Origin: a virus
Lineage: Duplodnaviria; Caudoviricetes
DNA: 64,000 nucleotides
IMG/VR virus record: IMGVR_UViG_3300017909_004140
Location: 43,338-107,337 of that record
Strand: one strand, 5' to 3'
This document shows, piece after piece, positions 28,940 through 38,378 of this stretch. A program made the translations under genes and the position numbers. The notes under the pieces were generated by a model. It did no database searches. It saw nothing but the letters and a program-made list of their open reading frames with translations, and was not told the DNA's origin. Every line of letters starts with the position of its first letter. Positions within the stretch are counted from its first letter, which is position 1.

Positions 28940-29334
28940 CTATACTCTTTTCCATTTATAGTTTCATAGTCTTTAGGCTCAAATCCAAATTTTTTTAATA
29001 ATGTGTCTACTCTTTTATGACGACTTAATCCCCAAAGCGGGTTTCCGTTTTCTGGGGTTACAGCATAATTACCCAGTTTATATATTGCGTCAGTGCCTTG
29101 ATATTTTTTATCTATTAAGATAGTTTCAAGATACTCTCCTCTATCAATAGAAACTACTGTATAGTATCCTATAGGTTTATTTTCTAGATAAAGTAGATGT
29201 GCTCTTTGTTTTTGTATTAACTCAATAAAATCATCTTTTTCATCACGTTCTTCTTTTGTCATGTTATAAGATAGAGCAATTAGTATTGGTAAATCATTGA
29301 TGCTAGCTTTTTTAGTTTTGTATATCAAGAACAT
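28909..29334 (-). CDS. GNAT-fold acyltransferase
   Basis: PIGY..., LETILIDKKYQGT (motif A), LLKKFGF. Confidence 0.6.
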   Translation of the reverse strand: MFLIYKTKKASINDLPILIALSYNMTKEERDEKDDFIELIQKQRAHLLYLENKPIGYYTVVSIDRGEYLETILIDKKYQGTDAIYKLGNYAVTPENGNPLWGLSRHKRVDTLLKKFGFEPKDYETINGKEYRWWIKYFQSQ

Positions 29335-30109
29335 CTCCTAATATTCTAATGTCTTGTTCGTGATGCATATTGTGTTCTCTTTTTATCATTGGAGTAATTC
29401 TTGTATCCCAAGATATGCTTATTCTAGGCATTTTAGACTGGTTAGGCTCTACTTCGTGCCAAACCCACGAGGGAAATAGAATGAATTTACCTATTTCAGG
29501 CTTTATGGTAATGTTAGTTGGATTAACTGATTTTGTAGGTTTATCAAAGGTATCGACATAATCACCAAATAAACCAGAAAACTCTAAAGTACTATTATTC
29601 ATCTGTCTACCGTATTCATTATATCTAGAAGTATGATTATGTCTAATAGCATCACTACTTGTTTCGTCACCTGCTTTAGTCAGCATCTCTAAATCTAAAT
29701 ATCCAAAATCCATCATATTAGAATTACCTTTTGGATCTACCATGAGTAGATGACTGTCATGGTCGTTTAACCAAATAGTCCCACTAATATGGTTATTAGG
29801 GTGGTTGTGAATTCCAACATTTTGACTTTGGGGAAGCACATGCGCCCAGGCATAAGACTTTATATCATATTGATCGGACTCAAATAAGTTATTTTTTATA
29901 TACTCTTTTATTGCAGGTACTAAATTATCGTGGTAAAGTGTTTGTAGTAAAGGCTCATCTAAACTAAACAAGTTAAATACCTCTGTCACTTCATCAGGAT
30001 TGTGATATTTATTCAATATATAGTTGAATAAATTTTTAGCTAATTGTTTGTCTACTGTGCCTAAAAGTATAGGAGTTGGCCATAAGTGTCTATGTGTATA
30101 CTGATTCAT
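29312..30109 (-). CDS. 2OG-Fe(II) oxygenase (TIGR02466-like)
   Basis: HNHPNNHISG, LFPSWVWHEV.PN, RISISWD. Confidence 0.8.
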   Translation of the reverse strand: MNQYTHRHLWPTPILLGTVDKQLAKNLFNYILNKYHNPDEVTEVFNLFSLDEPLLQTLYHDNLVPAIKEYIKNNLFESDQYDIKSYAWAHVLPQSQNVGIHNHPNNHISGTIWLNDHDSHLLMVDPKGNSNMMDFGYLDLEMLTKAGDETSSDAIRHNHTSRYNEYGRQMNNSTLEFSGLFGDYVDTFDKPTKSVNPTNITIKPEIGKFILFPSWVWHEVEPNQSKMPRISISWDTRITPMIKREHNMHHEQDIRILGDVLDIQN

Positions 30110-31163
30110 TTACATACTCCGTTGGTATTGCGTCTAGTTTACATATATCTATAATATCAGGTGCTAAAGATTTCATTTTTTTACAATGAATTTCTGTTAA
30201 ATTTAGTCTTTTTAGATCACTGATAGTTTTTCTACATCCATTACATATTTTAAACATTGGACAGGTTAAGCATGATTGTTTTAACACCATTAAGTTAAAA
30301 TCGTTTTGCAATGGGGTTTCTATTTCTTTTTGTGACATCTCTTTGTCAAAATCAATTTTATACTCTTTATCATCTCCAAAAGCTCCACAAGAATAATAGT
30401 CTCCTCCAGGATTTAAGTTTCTAATACTTTCATCACAACGTCTATTTTGTGGGCAGGTAGTATTCGAAGAAAATCTTTTCAATAGCTGAGTAGTATTATA
30501 CTCCCACTCTGAAAGACCTAGTTTGTATATCTGTAAATATTTTTCATATATATCTGCTAGCAAATATGTGTAGTTTTCTAGCCCCATTTTTATACCATTT
30601 AAGAATTTTATTTCAGGCCCGCTCGCTACAGCATAGTTTAACTTACAAACTACTCCCATTTTTTTAGCTAGTAGCACATTATCAATCGCTTTATCCTCGT
30701 TTTCTTTTGTAATTACGGATATGAAATCTGGACGGTAGCCTACTAATTCTTTCATTTTATTTGAAACATTCCAAAAATCTTCTTCACTAAACTCTGTGAA
30801 GTCCCCTTTTAAGCGTCCTCCTCCATATTGAAATGAGGTACATACTCCGACTCTAGGATGCTTAAATAGATTTAACCATTTGTTAGGATTTTTATAAAAA
30901 GGCCAAAGATTAGTAGTTAATGAAATAGTTGTTTCTAAAGCATGCTCCTCTAAATATTCAATTATTTTCCAGTAGTAGTCAGGAGACATCATTAGAGGAT
31001 CACCACCATTTACTATAATAGTGTTTGTATAAGGAAATCTTTTTAGAAACTGAAATATTTTATCATGAGAGAGTTCTACTGTCTTGGAGTCTGCTATTTT
31101 TGTACTTGAGCAAAAAGTACATTTAAAGTTGCAGCGCTCTGTAGGTTTAATTATTAATTCCAT
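30090..31163 (-). CDS. Radical SAM/SPASM enzyme (rSAM 3)
   Basis: IIKPTERCNFKCTFC, GGDP; SPASM CPQNRRC..YSC..CLTCPMFKICNGC..HC. Confidence 0.92.
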   Translation of the reverse strand: MELIIKPTERCNFKCTFCSSTKIADSKTVELSHDKIFQFLKRFPYTNTIIVNGGDPLMMSPDYYWKIIEYLEEHALETTISLTTNLWPFYKNPNKWLNLFKHPRVGVCTSFQYGGGRLKGDFTEFSEEDFWNVSNKMKELVGYRPDFISVITKENEDKAIDNVLLAKKMGVVCKLNYAVASGPEIKFLNGIKMGLENYTYLLADIYEKYLQIYKLGLSEWEYNTTQLLKRFSSNTTCPQNRRCDESIRNLNPGGDYYSCGAFGDDKEYKIDFDKEMSQKEIETPLQNDFNLMVLKQSCLTCPMFKICNGCRKTISDLKRLNLTEIHCKKMKSLAPDIIDICKLDAIPTEYVNESVYT

Positions 31164-32136
31164 CTAAAAACCCCCAATAGTCTTTCAACCAGCAATGCTC
31201 CATAGTAGCTTTTTCTGGTAGTATGTGATTTTCTTGGAAACAACCTAAGCCACACTTACTAAAATAATCACACATTAAACAATTGAATCCTTCTATCCAT
31301 TTTGCTTCCATTTTTTCTCTACTATCGTGGGTCATAGCTCTATAGTTACCTCCTACTAGTAGATTACAATGACCTATTTCTCCATCAGCAGCTATTACAC
31401 TTGTTCTCTGACAGGTTAAATTTTTTCTAGTATCTCCTAATAAATACTTATCTATAGGACTGACTTTAGGATAATTGATACTTAAAAATTTAAACATATC
31501 TAGCAGTTCTGTATCACTAGGGCAGTTTATACTAGCATTTTTTTCAGGAGTGTAGTAGTCAAAATATATATTAAAATTCTCATATAGATAGTCAAATCCA
31601 GTAACTTCTTTGTTTAAAAACTTATAAATATTGGGAGCTGTTAATATGATGTTTACTGTTTGAATATACTCTTTAAAATATCTCACATTATCCATAAAAA
31701 CATCTAACTGGTTAGTATTAAAGCGCCCAGCTGGATCATAACTAACAGCAAGATTTATATTAAGCCTATCTAATAAATTTTTTACTCTGACTCTATCATT
31801 CCATATCATATTAGAAGTAATAAGAAATTCACTATTTTCAAACGATTTTTGGCACCTAAGAATTAAAGACTCAATTTTACTTAAAATTTGATTTGAAATT
31901 TCATCACTCAGAATCTCTCCTCCCATAAAATGAAAGGAAAATTGTTCTTTATTTTGTGCGCGTAAGTTTTCGTAGACGCTTTTTATCGCAAAGTATTTTT
32001 CTGGGATGGAGTTCACACCCTCAAATGAATTATGATTTTGAGAACAAAAACTACACGCAAGATTACAGTGTTCGAATAGGGTAACAATAACCTCTCCTAG
32101 ATTAGACGATTTTTTATCTATTACACTACTGTACAT
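31147..32136 (-). CDS. Radical SAM/SPASM-like enzyme (rSAM 2)
   Basis: CNLACSFC, MGGE; C..GHC..CLMCDYFSKCGLGC..HC. Confidence 0.9.
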   Translation of the reverse strand: MYSSVIDKKSSNLGEVIVTLFEHCNLACSFCSQNHNSFEGVNSIPEKYFAIKSVYENLRAQNKEQFSFHFMGGEILSDEISNQILSKIESLILRCQKSFENSEFLITSNMIWNDRVRVKNLLDRLNINLAVSYDPAGRFNTNQLDVFMDNVRYFKEYIQTVNIILTAPNIYKFLNKEVTGFDYLYENFNIYFDYYTPEKNASINCPSDTELLDMFKFLSINYPKVSPIDKYLLGDTRKNLTCQRTSVIAADGEIGHCNLLVGGNYRAMTHDSREKMEAKWIEGFNCLMCDYFSKCGLGCFQENHILPEKATMEHCWLKDYWGFLDGINN

Positions 32137-33265
32137 AACCTTCTCTGAAACTATGGTGATCTGTTAGTTGCCAACTTCTTACTTTTTTAGTATTTCTTTC
32201 TTTATTATTTACAAAAGGTTTAAACTTATCTCTTTTTTCTTCTAGTGAGTATTCTAACAACTTATCATATCTTTTTTCTTTACAAAGTAGGTAAAAATAT
32301 CTTAGCAAATAGTGGGTTGTTTTGTCTTGGTGTTGATACTCTCCTATGTTACCTCCTGCATATATGGTATTGATATCTATATCAATAATTTTTCTTAAGC
32401 CAATCTCTCCCGTAATGAATAGTTCCATTAACTGCTCGCTGTCAAAAAACCCATTATGTCCATACTTCATCACTGATTTACGATATAACTTAAAAATAGT
32501 TTTCATATCGTAGTTGTTTTTAACATATTCTAAACTAGGATAAGCTTTTATATTCTCATCCATTAGCCAACTATATTCATCAGGTAGTTTTAAATCTGCA
32601 TACTCTGCGGTTTCATATAAGTGAGATCCATAATCAACATTTTCTAATAAGTCTCCTAGTTCGAACAGCTGACACATTACATTCATTTTCCAGTAGGTAA
32701 GTTCGTTCAGCACTGTATCTGCAACTATACCATATAGTTTTTTATACAAAATATCTTTATGTGCATATTTTGTGTTAGATAAATAACTAGCTAAGTGTAG
32801 CTCTGTGCAAGCTCCTTTTATATAACTACTATTTAACTCATGTTTATTACACTGTTCATATACTTTATTGAACTCCTCAAAAGATAATAGTTTTAAAGAA
32901 TCCCAAGGAGACCGTAAATTTATAGAACCATCGTCGTGTGATAAGCATGATTTTCCATGAAGATATATATGCTTTTGTAATACTAGCTTATAAAAGTGAT
33001 AAATAGATAAGGGAGAGTGGTTAGGCAGGATAGATTTTAGATATGTAGTAAGTATTTTTACATAAGTTTCTTCTTCTGCTAAAACTATAAGTTCAGTATC
33101 TTTTTTGATGTTTTTGAAAGCATCGTTACCAAACAAGTCATCAGCATCTTTAAAATAATTCCAAGTGCTAGGAATAGGTGCTTCATACCCAACTAAGAAT
33201 TTAGGAGTGTCCGGAGGGTAACAAAAGCTAAAATCTAGATAAACATTATTTATTAGGTTGAACAC
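32126..33265 (-). CDS. Hypothetical protein in the radical SAM operon
   Basis: 379-aa coupled ORF, no recognised motif. Confidence 0.65.
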   Translation of the reverse strand: MFNLINNVYLDFSFCYPPDTPKFLVGYEAPIPSTWNYFKDADDLFGNDAFKNIKKDTELIVLAEEETYVKILTTYLKSILPNHSPLSIYHFYKLVLQKHIYLHGKSCLSHDDGSINLRSPWDSLKLLSFEEFNKVYEQCNKHELNSSYIKGACTELHLASYLSNTKYAHKDILYKKLYGIVADTVLNELTYWKMNVMCQLFELGDLLENVDYGSHLYETAEYADLKLPDEYSWLMDENIKAYPSLEYVKNNYDMKTIFKLYRKSVMKYGHNGFFDSEQLMELFITGEIGLRKIIDIDINTIYAGGNIGEYQHQDKTTHYLLRYFYLLCKEKRYDKLLEYSLEEKRDKFKPFVNNKERNTKKVRSWQLTDHHSFREGYVQ

Positions 33266-33944
33266 CGGCTGCTATCCCTGATACAAATACTAAAAGTGGC
33301 ACATTATGTTCAAGCATCCAGCCGTATAAATTTTGTTCGTCATAGATATATTCTTCAGAATAGTGTTTAAAATACCTTTTTCTAGAACCAGAGGTTTCGT
33401 ATATTTCAAATATAAAAGGGTTATTAATTAGGTTAATAACATTTTTACCTAATATTTCTGGGTCATCTACTACTTCATAATTTTTTAACTCTTCGTTTAC
33501 AAAATCACTCAGAGAAGATACAAAAGAAAGAGTTGTAATAGGAAGTGACTCTAAGAAATCTGTAGTGTTTAACAGTTCATTATAAAATTCGTCAATAAAC
33601 TTATCTGTCCATTCCTCAGTTAAAAGACTCATAGAGTATAAATCATCAACATCTATATTATTATATTTAAGTACAATGTAGGTTAGCCCTAGCTCAAGCT
33701 CTTTACAGGTGATTAAATTGTTAGATGTAAAGTATAGCCTTAATAGTTCATACTTTTCTTCTTGTGTAGTGTTGTATAGATTAAGTTTAAAATCAATATC
33801 TAGATTAGATACATAATTAAAAAACGTTCTACCACTGATATCACTATCATAATACATTATTTCAAACTGTATTTTTTCTTCTTCCATAAAATATTGTTGT
33901 AAAAGCTCTACGTCAATAGGTGCTTTTGTTTTTATAACTCTCAT
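33246..33944 (-). CDS. Hypothetical acidic protein in the radical SAM operon
   Basis: ATGA-coupled to the candidate substrate gene. Confidence 0.65.
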   Translation of the reverse strand: MRVIKTKAPIDVELLQQYFMEEEKIQFEIMYYDSDISGRTFFNYVSNLDIDFKLNLYNTTQEEKYELLRLYFTSNNLITCKELELGLTYIVLKYNNIDVDDLYSMSLLTEEWTDKFIDEFYNELLNTTDFLESLPITTLSFVSSLSDFVNEELKNYEVVDDPEILGKNVINLINNPFIFEIYETSGSRKRYFKHYSEEYIYDEQNLYGWMLEHNVPLLVFVSGIAAGVQPNK

Positions 33945-34540
33945 CTTCTTCCTCTTGAACTATGACAGTTACTATGACAGCTTGCGTGGCAAGTATCTAC
34001 AAATATAGTAACTTGATTTTCTTTTAAAGTATTCCACTGACTATATAGATTAGCTATATAATCTTCAAAATTAGAGGCGTCTATAACATCTCCTTCTTGA
34101 ATATCATATGTAGCGCTATTATCTGTAACAGTTTGTTTATACGCAGAACCATCTAAGTGAATAAAATCAGTAGTGGTTCTTTGTTGTACATTATTTCCAT
34201 TACCGCTAGGATATCCCGTTCTGTTAAAACGCAGTCTCCAGTTTAGTTTTCTAACTCCTGTATAGTCTCTCGTTAGGTTACGTAAATAAGTTGCTAACTG
34301 TGCCGCATCTACTACTGCGTCTAGTCCCCCGCTAACTGCGGGGGCTACAGTGGGAGTTCCTACTACTGAAAAAGGCACTCCTCCTTTAGGCGCGTTAGTT
34401 AGATTTGAATATGTTCCTGAAGAGAAAGGTGTTCCTGTTCCTACATCAATAACGGGGTTTATAGCATCTCTCATTACTTCGTTAAATCGGTTAACAACTA
34501 GTGCTTTGCTTACTTCATCTCCTGCATTAATAGTCGGCAT
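33941..34540 (-). CDS. Candidate modification substrate: virion-like protein with a C-terminal (C-H-x-S/N)3-RGRR core
   Basis: Ends in DTCHASCHSNCHSSRGRR; Gly/Thr/Ala-rich body; strong AGGAG RBS. Confidence 0.6.
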   Translation of the reverse strand: MPTINAGDEVSKALVVNRFNEVMRDAINPVIDVGTGTPFSSGTYSNLTNAPKGGVPFSVVGTPTVAPAVSGGLDAVVDAAQLATYLRNLTRDYTGVRKLNWRLRFNRTGYPSGNGNNVQQRTTTDFIHLDGSAYKQTVTDNSATYDIQEGDVIDASNFEDYIANLYSQWNTLKENQVTIFVDTCHASCHSNCHSSRGRR

Positions 34541-35564
34541 AATATTCTCCTTGCTTTAATACCTGTATGGGGGTATTTTTTATTAGTTTAAATAGTTCTT
34601 TTGGCGAAGGACAGTGTGATTCATCCCACTCTAATTGATGACATCCGCTACCACACAAATCAAATACTTCGCATTTATAACATCTTTCGTCTCTAGCTGC
34701 TTCACAAGCTATTAGTTCCATTCTTTTAGGTTTGAAAATTAATTCCCAAATCTCTTCATTTATATTACCATAAACTTCTTCAGGAGCAGCATTAGGACAT
34801 CCGCTTATACTACCATCTGCATTTATAGTAAATAATTTTTGTTCACAGTCTCTACAAAAAGTAGCCGCTTGAGTTCCATTTGTTCTTGTTTTGACCATAG
34901 AGTTTATAAATGAATCAGTCCAGTTTTTAGGAGTGGTGTCTTTGTAAATTTCTAAAAACCAATCAGCCTGTTCTTTATTACTGGGAAATATCTCAGGATG
35001 TTTTTTAGCATTTCCATGATCTGTAAGTCTTTCAAAATCTACTACATCTACGTTCAATGAGTTAAAATACTCTATAATTTCTTTAGGTTTAGTATTACAA
35101 AGTTCCTTGGTAACACTCACAAACATCGTTATAAAACAATCTAGCTCTTTTAATCTTTTTACATTTTTCTCCCAAAGAGTTTTTTGTTTTTCATTAGAAA
35201 ACCGTATACTTTTATCCCAAGAAGTTCCAATAACTCCTTTTAAGTCTTCAGTAATAAATTTAATTTTTTCTTCACTTAAATTAAAAGTTAAGTTACTAGT
35301 AATACCAAATGAGACGTTATCATCATACTTCATACTATCAACTACATATTTCATATCTTTAACAGGAGCAAGAAAAGGCTCTCCTCCGTGAAACTCAAAA
35401 TGAATATGATTCGTTTTATAGTGCTTTCTTAATTTTTTTATCCAATCTACTGTTCTTTTAGGATTAAAGTATATTTTTCTACCGTTTATTCCGTTTGTAA
35501 AACAGTGTTTACAATTGAGCTGACAAGTTTCCGTGGTTTTCAGATAAACTGTTATAGGATGCAT
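34527..35564 (-). CDS. Radical SAM/SPASM peptide-maturase-like enzyme (rSAM 1)
   Basis: YLKTTETCQLNCKHC, FHGGEP; SPASM CRDC..GCP..CYKCEVFDLCGSGC..HC. Confidence 0.92.
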   Translation of the reverse strand: MHPITVYLKTTETCQLNCKHCFTNGINGRKIYFNPKRTVDWIKKLRKHYKTNHIHFEFHGGEPFLAPVKDMKYVVDSMKYDDNVSFGITSNLTFNLSEEKIKFITEDLKGVIGTSWDKSIRFSNEKQKTLWEKNVKRLKELDCFITMFVSVTKELCNTKPKEIIEYFNSLNVDVVDFERLTDHGNAKKHPEIFPSNKEQADWFLEIYKDTTPKNWTDSFINSMVKTRTNGTQAATFCRDCEQKLFTINADGSISGCPNAAPEEVYGNINEEIWELIFKPKRMELIACEAARDERCYKCEVFDLCGSGCHQLEWDESHCPSPKELFKLIKNTPIQVLKQGEYYADY

Positions 35565-36123
35565 CGTTTTCCATCTGTAGTGTCTGTAATTTTAAATCAA
35601 TATACTTGTAGTATTTTCTTATACCAAAACTTAATGAAACATTTTCTGTAAGATTGTCTGCATAATGAGCTTTTTCTCCTGGTATAAACACAGACTCGCC
35701 TGCTTTAAGAACAACTTCTTCCTTATGGTCTGGAAATACCATCTTTTTAGTTCCAGAAAGAAGTAGTATTACTACATCATAAGGATCTACGTGAGCAATA
35801 AAACTCGACTTTCCTTCTTTTCCCCAGTATAAGTGACAATCTATATATTCTTCTTCAGTTTTGAAGTTACATATCGTTGAAATGAACTCATCGTATTTTT
35901 CAAACCCTTCTACTTTAAATGTGTTCTTGCTCTTTGCTTTTATTTTTGTTAAAGTATTTTTATAAGAGTTCGGAAATACCATATTTTCTTCAGCATTTTC
36001 AATGTAGAATACTTTTCCATCTCTTATGAAATGATAATTAGTTATCAATTCTATAGGTTTTATATTATGATATTTTTCGTACAATTCATGCGAAAAAGTT
36101 TTTATATGGTTAGATAAATTCAT
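35509..36123 (-). CDS. JmjC/cupin 2OG oxygenase (RoxA/YcfD-like protein hydroxylase)
   Basis: SFIAHVDPYDV...GTKK...LKAGESVFIP...HYA...SLSFG. Confidence 0.75.
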   Translation of the reverse strand: MNLSNHIKTFSHELYEKYHNIKPIELITNYHFIRDGKVFYIENAEENMVFPNSYKNTLTKIKAKSKNTFKVEGFEKYDEFISTICNFKTEEEYIDCHLYWGKEGKSSFIAHVDPYDVVILLLSGTKKMVFPDHKEEVVLKAGESVFIPGEKAHYADNLTENVSLSFGIRKYYKYIDLKLQTLQMENDASYNSLSENHGNLSAQL

Positions 36124-36342
36124 ATGGCTATGATACCACTAAACAAGAATTTTAGCAAGAAAAATTTTACTGCAATTTGTACAGAATGTGGAGAAGACTA
36201 CTCTACTAAAAGAAAAGCATTAGGTTATGATACGTGTTTAGATTGTGGAGAAGATAAGCGAATATTTCCAACAGCTCCAGCTTTTAATAAAGGAGCTTAC
36301 ACTATAGTAACAATGAACAACGTAAGGGATATAGGTAAATGA
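36124..36342 (+). CDS. DksA/TraR-like C4 zinc-finger protein
   Basis: CTECGEDYSTKRKALGYDTCLDC. Confidence 0.65.
   Translation: MAMIPLNKNFSKKNFTAICTECGEDYSTKRKALGYDTCLDCGEDKRIFPTAPAFNKGAYTIVTMNNVRDIGK
36130..36158 (-). promoter_or_regulatory. Promoter of the radical SAM operon (predicted leaderless)
   Basis: Minus strand TTGCTA-N17-(TGn)TATCAT, then 6 nt, then ATG 36123. Confidence 0.65.
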
Positions 36343-36887
36343 ATCGTAGATATTGGAATGAATTGGCAGACGATTATATTAATAAAATTGAAAAATGGTT
36401 AAACACTCATTGTCAAATTTCTAGTGCTAGCAAGTTTGCTCTGATTGAGGCTAAGCTTGACTGGTCTAAACGTCGTCGTTGCTCTCGTGGTGGTTGGAGA
36501 CACGGAGGTCCTATTGTTTCTATTGCAATGAATGTTGCTATACCTGATGATAATTTTGACACGCCCCGTAGAGTTTATGAGTATGCATCGTTTGATAGTG
36601 ATCCTATTATTGGAGGCTTTTACACTAACAACTTAGAGCATAAATTGTTACATCATCTTACACACGAAATGGCTCATGCAGCTCAATATAATCATAAAAA
36701 CTTTCATAAGATGTATAGAATCAAGCCTCATGGGAATGAGTTTAAAATGTTCTATAAAGAGTTGCGAGAAGTATTTTTAAATCCTTTTTTACCAGATCAA
36801 GAACTCATGGAAAAGGAATTTAGAAAGCACAAAAAACTGGCATATAGTGTTGAGATACCTAACATGATAGCCGCAAGTAAAGTTTGA
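36339..36887 (+). CDS. SprT-like zinc metalloprotein
   Basis: HEMAH...PHGNEFK. Confidence 0.7.
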   Translation: MNRRYWNELADDYINKIEKWLNTHCQISSASKFALIEAKLDWSKRRRCSRGGWRHGGPIVSIAMNVAIPDDNFDTPRRVYEYASFDSDPIIGGFYTNNLEHKLLHHLTHEMAHAAQYNHKNFHKMYRIKPHGNEFKMFYKELREVFLNPFLPDQELMEKEFRKHKKLAYSVEIPNMIAASKV

Positions 36888-37023
36888 TATCGAATGGAGC
36901 AAAATAAATGAAAACCTTCTTGCTAATTATATTCATTTTTGTTATACTTCTTCATATGGTCGCTTTATATGATTACACTTATAGCGTGACTAAAAAACTT
37001 TATGATTGGTCTAAGGAGTGAAA

Positions 37024-37236
37024 ATGGTCAATAAACGAGAAATGCTATTAAGAGCTACTAGAAAATACTTAGAAGGTAATCTTGACAAGCACCTAGCTAA
37101 TATTGAAATTTACCTAGAGAACCCAGCAGGTATCGGTGAGCATAGCGATATTATTGAAGCTATTGAACAAGAGCTTGAGCAGGCTTCTAAGTACGATGAC
37201 ATGATTAGTACTCTAGATGATTATATTGAGGAATAA
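37024..37236 (+). CDS. Hypothetical phage protein
   Basis: YLENPAGIGEHSDIIEAIE; AGGAG RBS. Confidence 0.65.
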   Translation: MVNKREMLLRATRKYLEGNLDKHLANIEIYLENPAGIGEHSDIIEAIEQELEQASKYDDMISTLDDYIEE

Positions 37237-37402
37237 GCTATGTTAATGCCTCACGAAGTAGATAACTTAAAAGAAAAGCTAGTCGCTATACGTGAGGTTA
37301 TAACTGACGACTCTGATATAGTGCATTTACAAGAACAAATTGATAAAATAGCAGAAATACTAGATGAAATTGAAGAAGAAGTACTAGAATTCGACGATTA
37401 AA

Positions 37403-37479
37403 GGTTGCGTAGCTCAACAGGATAGAGCAACGGCCTTCTAAGCCGTAGGTTGAGGGTTCGAGTCCTTCCGCAATCGCCA
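37403..37479 (+). tRNA. tRNA-Arg(UCU)
   Basis: Cloverleaf; ACGGC-CTTCTAA-GCCGT anticodon arm; TTCGA T-loop; encoded CCA. Confidence 0.95.
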
Positions 37480-37481
37480 AT

Positions 37482-37556
37482 GCGGGTATAGTATAACGGC
37501 TATTACTACAGCCTTCCAAGCTGAAGATCGGAGTTCGATTCTCCGTACCCGCTCCA
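37482..37556 (+). tRNA. tRNA-Gly(UCC)
   Basis: GCGGGTA/TACCCGC stem, CAGC-CTTCCAA-GCTG, U73, CCA. Confidence 0.95.
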
Positions 37557-37571
37557 ATAAAAGGTAATCAT

Positions 37572-38378
37572 ATGACAAAAAAATATATTGCAGTAAGTGG
37601 TGGATTTGATCCAGTACATAAAGGTCATTTAGAGATGATTGAAGAAGCAGCAGAGCATGGTGATGTTGTTGTGCTTCTTAATTCTGATAAATGGCTAGCT
37701 AGTAAAAAAGGCAAAGCTTTTATGGACGAAGAGCAACGCTCTTATATTATGTCGTCTATTAAAGGAGTCGTTAATGTTATTATTGGGGATGACTCTGATG
37801 GAACTGTTTTAGACGCACTAAAACAGTTTAAAGAACAATATTCTGATGAAGAGGTAGAACTTTGCTTTGCTAATGGCGGAGATAGAAAAAATGATAATGT
37901 TCCTGAGGTTGAGTACTGCTTAGTAAATGACATTCAATTACTTTGGAATATTGGGGGAGAAAAAACACAATCTTCTTCTCATTTATTATCTAATTGGGCA
38001 GGGGAGCACTGTGTTAGAGATTGGGGGACTTGGACAGTTCTAAAAGATTATGGATCAGTAAAAGTAAAAGAGCTACATGTGCTACCAGATAAAGAATTAT
38101 CTTTTCAAAAACATGAACATCGTTCTGAACATTGGTATGTTGTAAAAGGCACAGCGTATATTTATAATGGTAAAGTTATTCCAGGGGAGGTTGTAAAACA
38201 ACATAATACAGTAGACATTCCTCAAGGGGCTTGGCACCAGTTGTGTAACTATTCAACTACTGAACCTCTTTTTATTTTAGAGGTACAACAAGGAGAAAAG
38301 TGTATTGAAGAAGATATTGAGCGTATTGATGCTCCTCGCCACGATTGGAGAGGCAAACGCGACGGAAAATCTATCTAA
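37572..38378 (+). CDS. Nucleotidyltransferase (HldE/RfaE-like) fused to a mannose-6-phosphate-isomerase-type cupin
   Basis: SGGFDPVHKGH, NSD, FANGGDR, KTQSSS; C-terminal RDWG..LSFQKHEHRSEHW..EVQQG...EEDIER. Confidence 0.85.
   Translation: MTKKYIAVSGGFDPVHKGHLEMIEEAAEHGDVVVLLNSDKWLASKKGKAFMDEEQRSYIMSSIKGVVNVIIGDDSDGTVLDALKQFKEQYSDEEVELCFANGGDRKNDNVPEVEYCLVNDIQLLWNIGGEKTQSSSHLLSNWAGEHCVRDWGTWTVLKDYGSVKVKELHVLPDKELSFQKHEHRSEHWYVVKGTAYIYNGKVIPGEVVKQHNTVDIPQGAWHQLCNYSTTEPLFILEVQQGEKCIEEDIERIDAPRHDWRGKRDGKSI

Noticed and set aside
37298-37519. 73-aa minus-strand ORF
   Set aside because: Antisense to tRNA-Arg and tRNA-Gly
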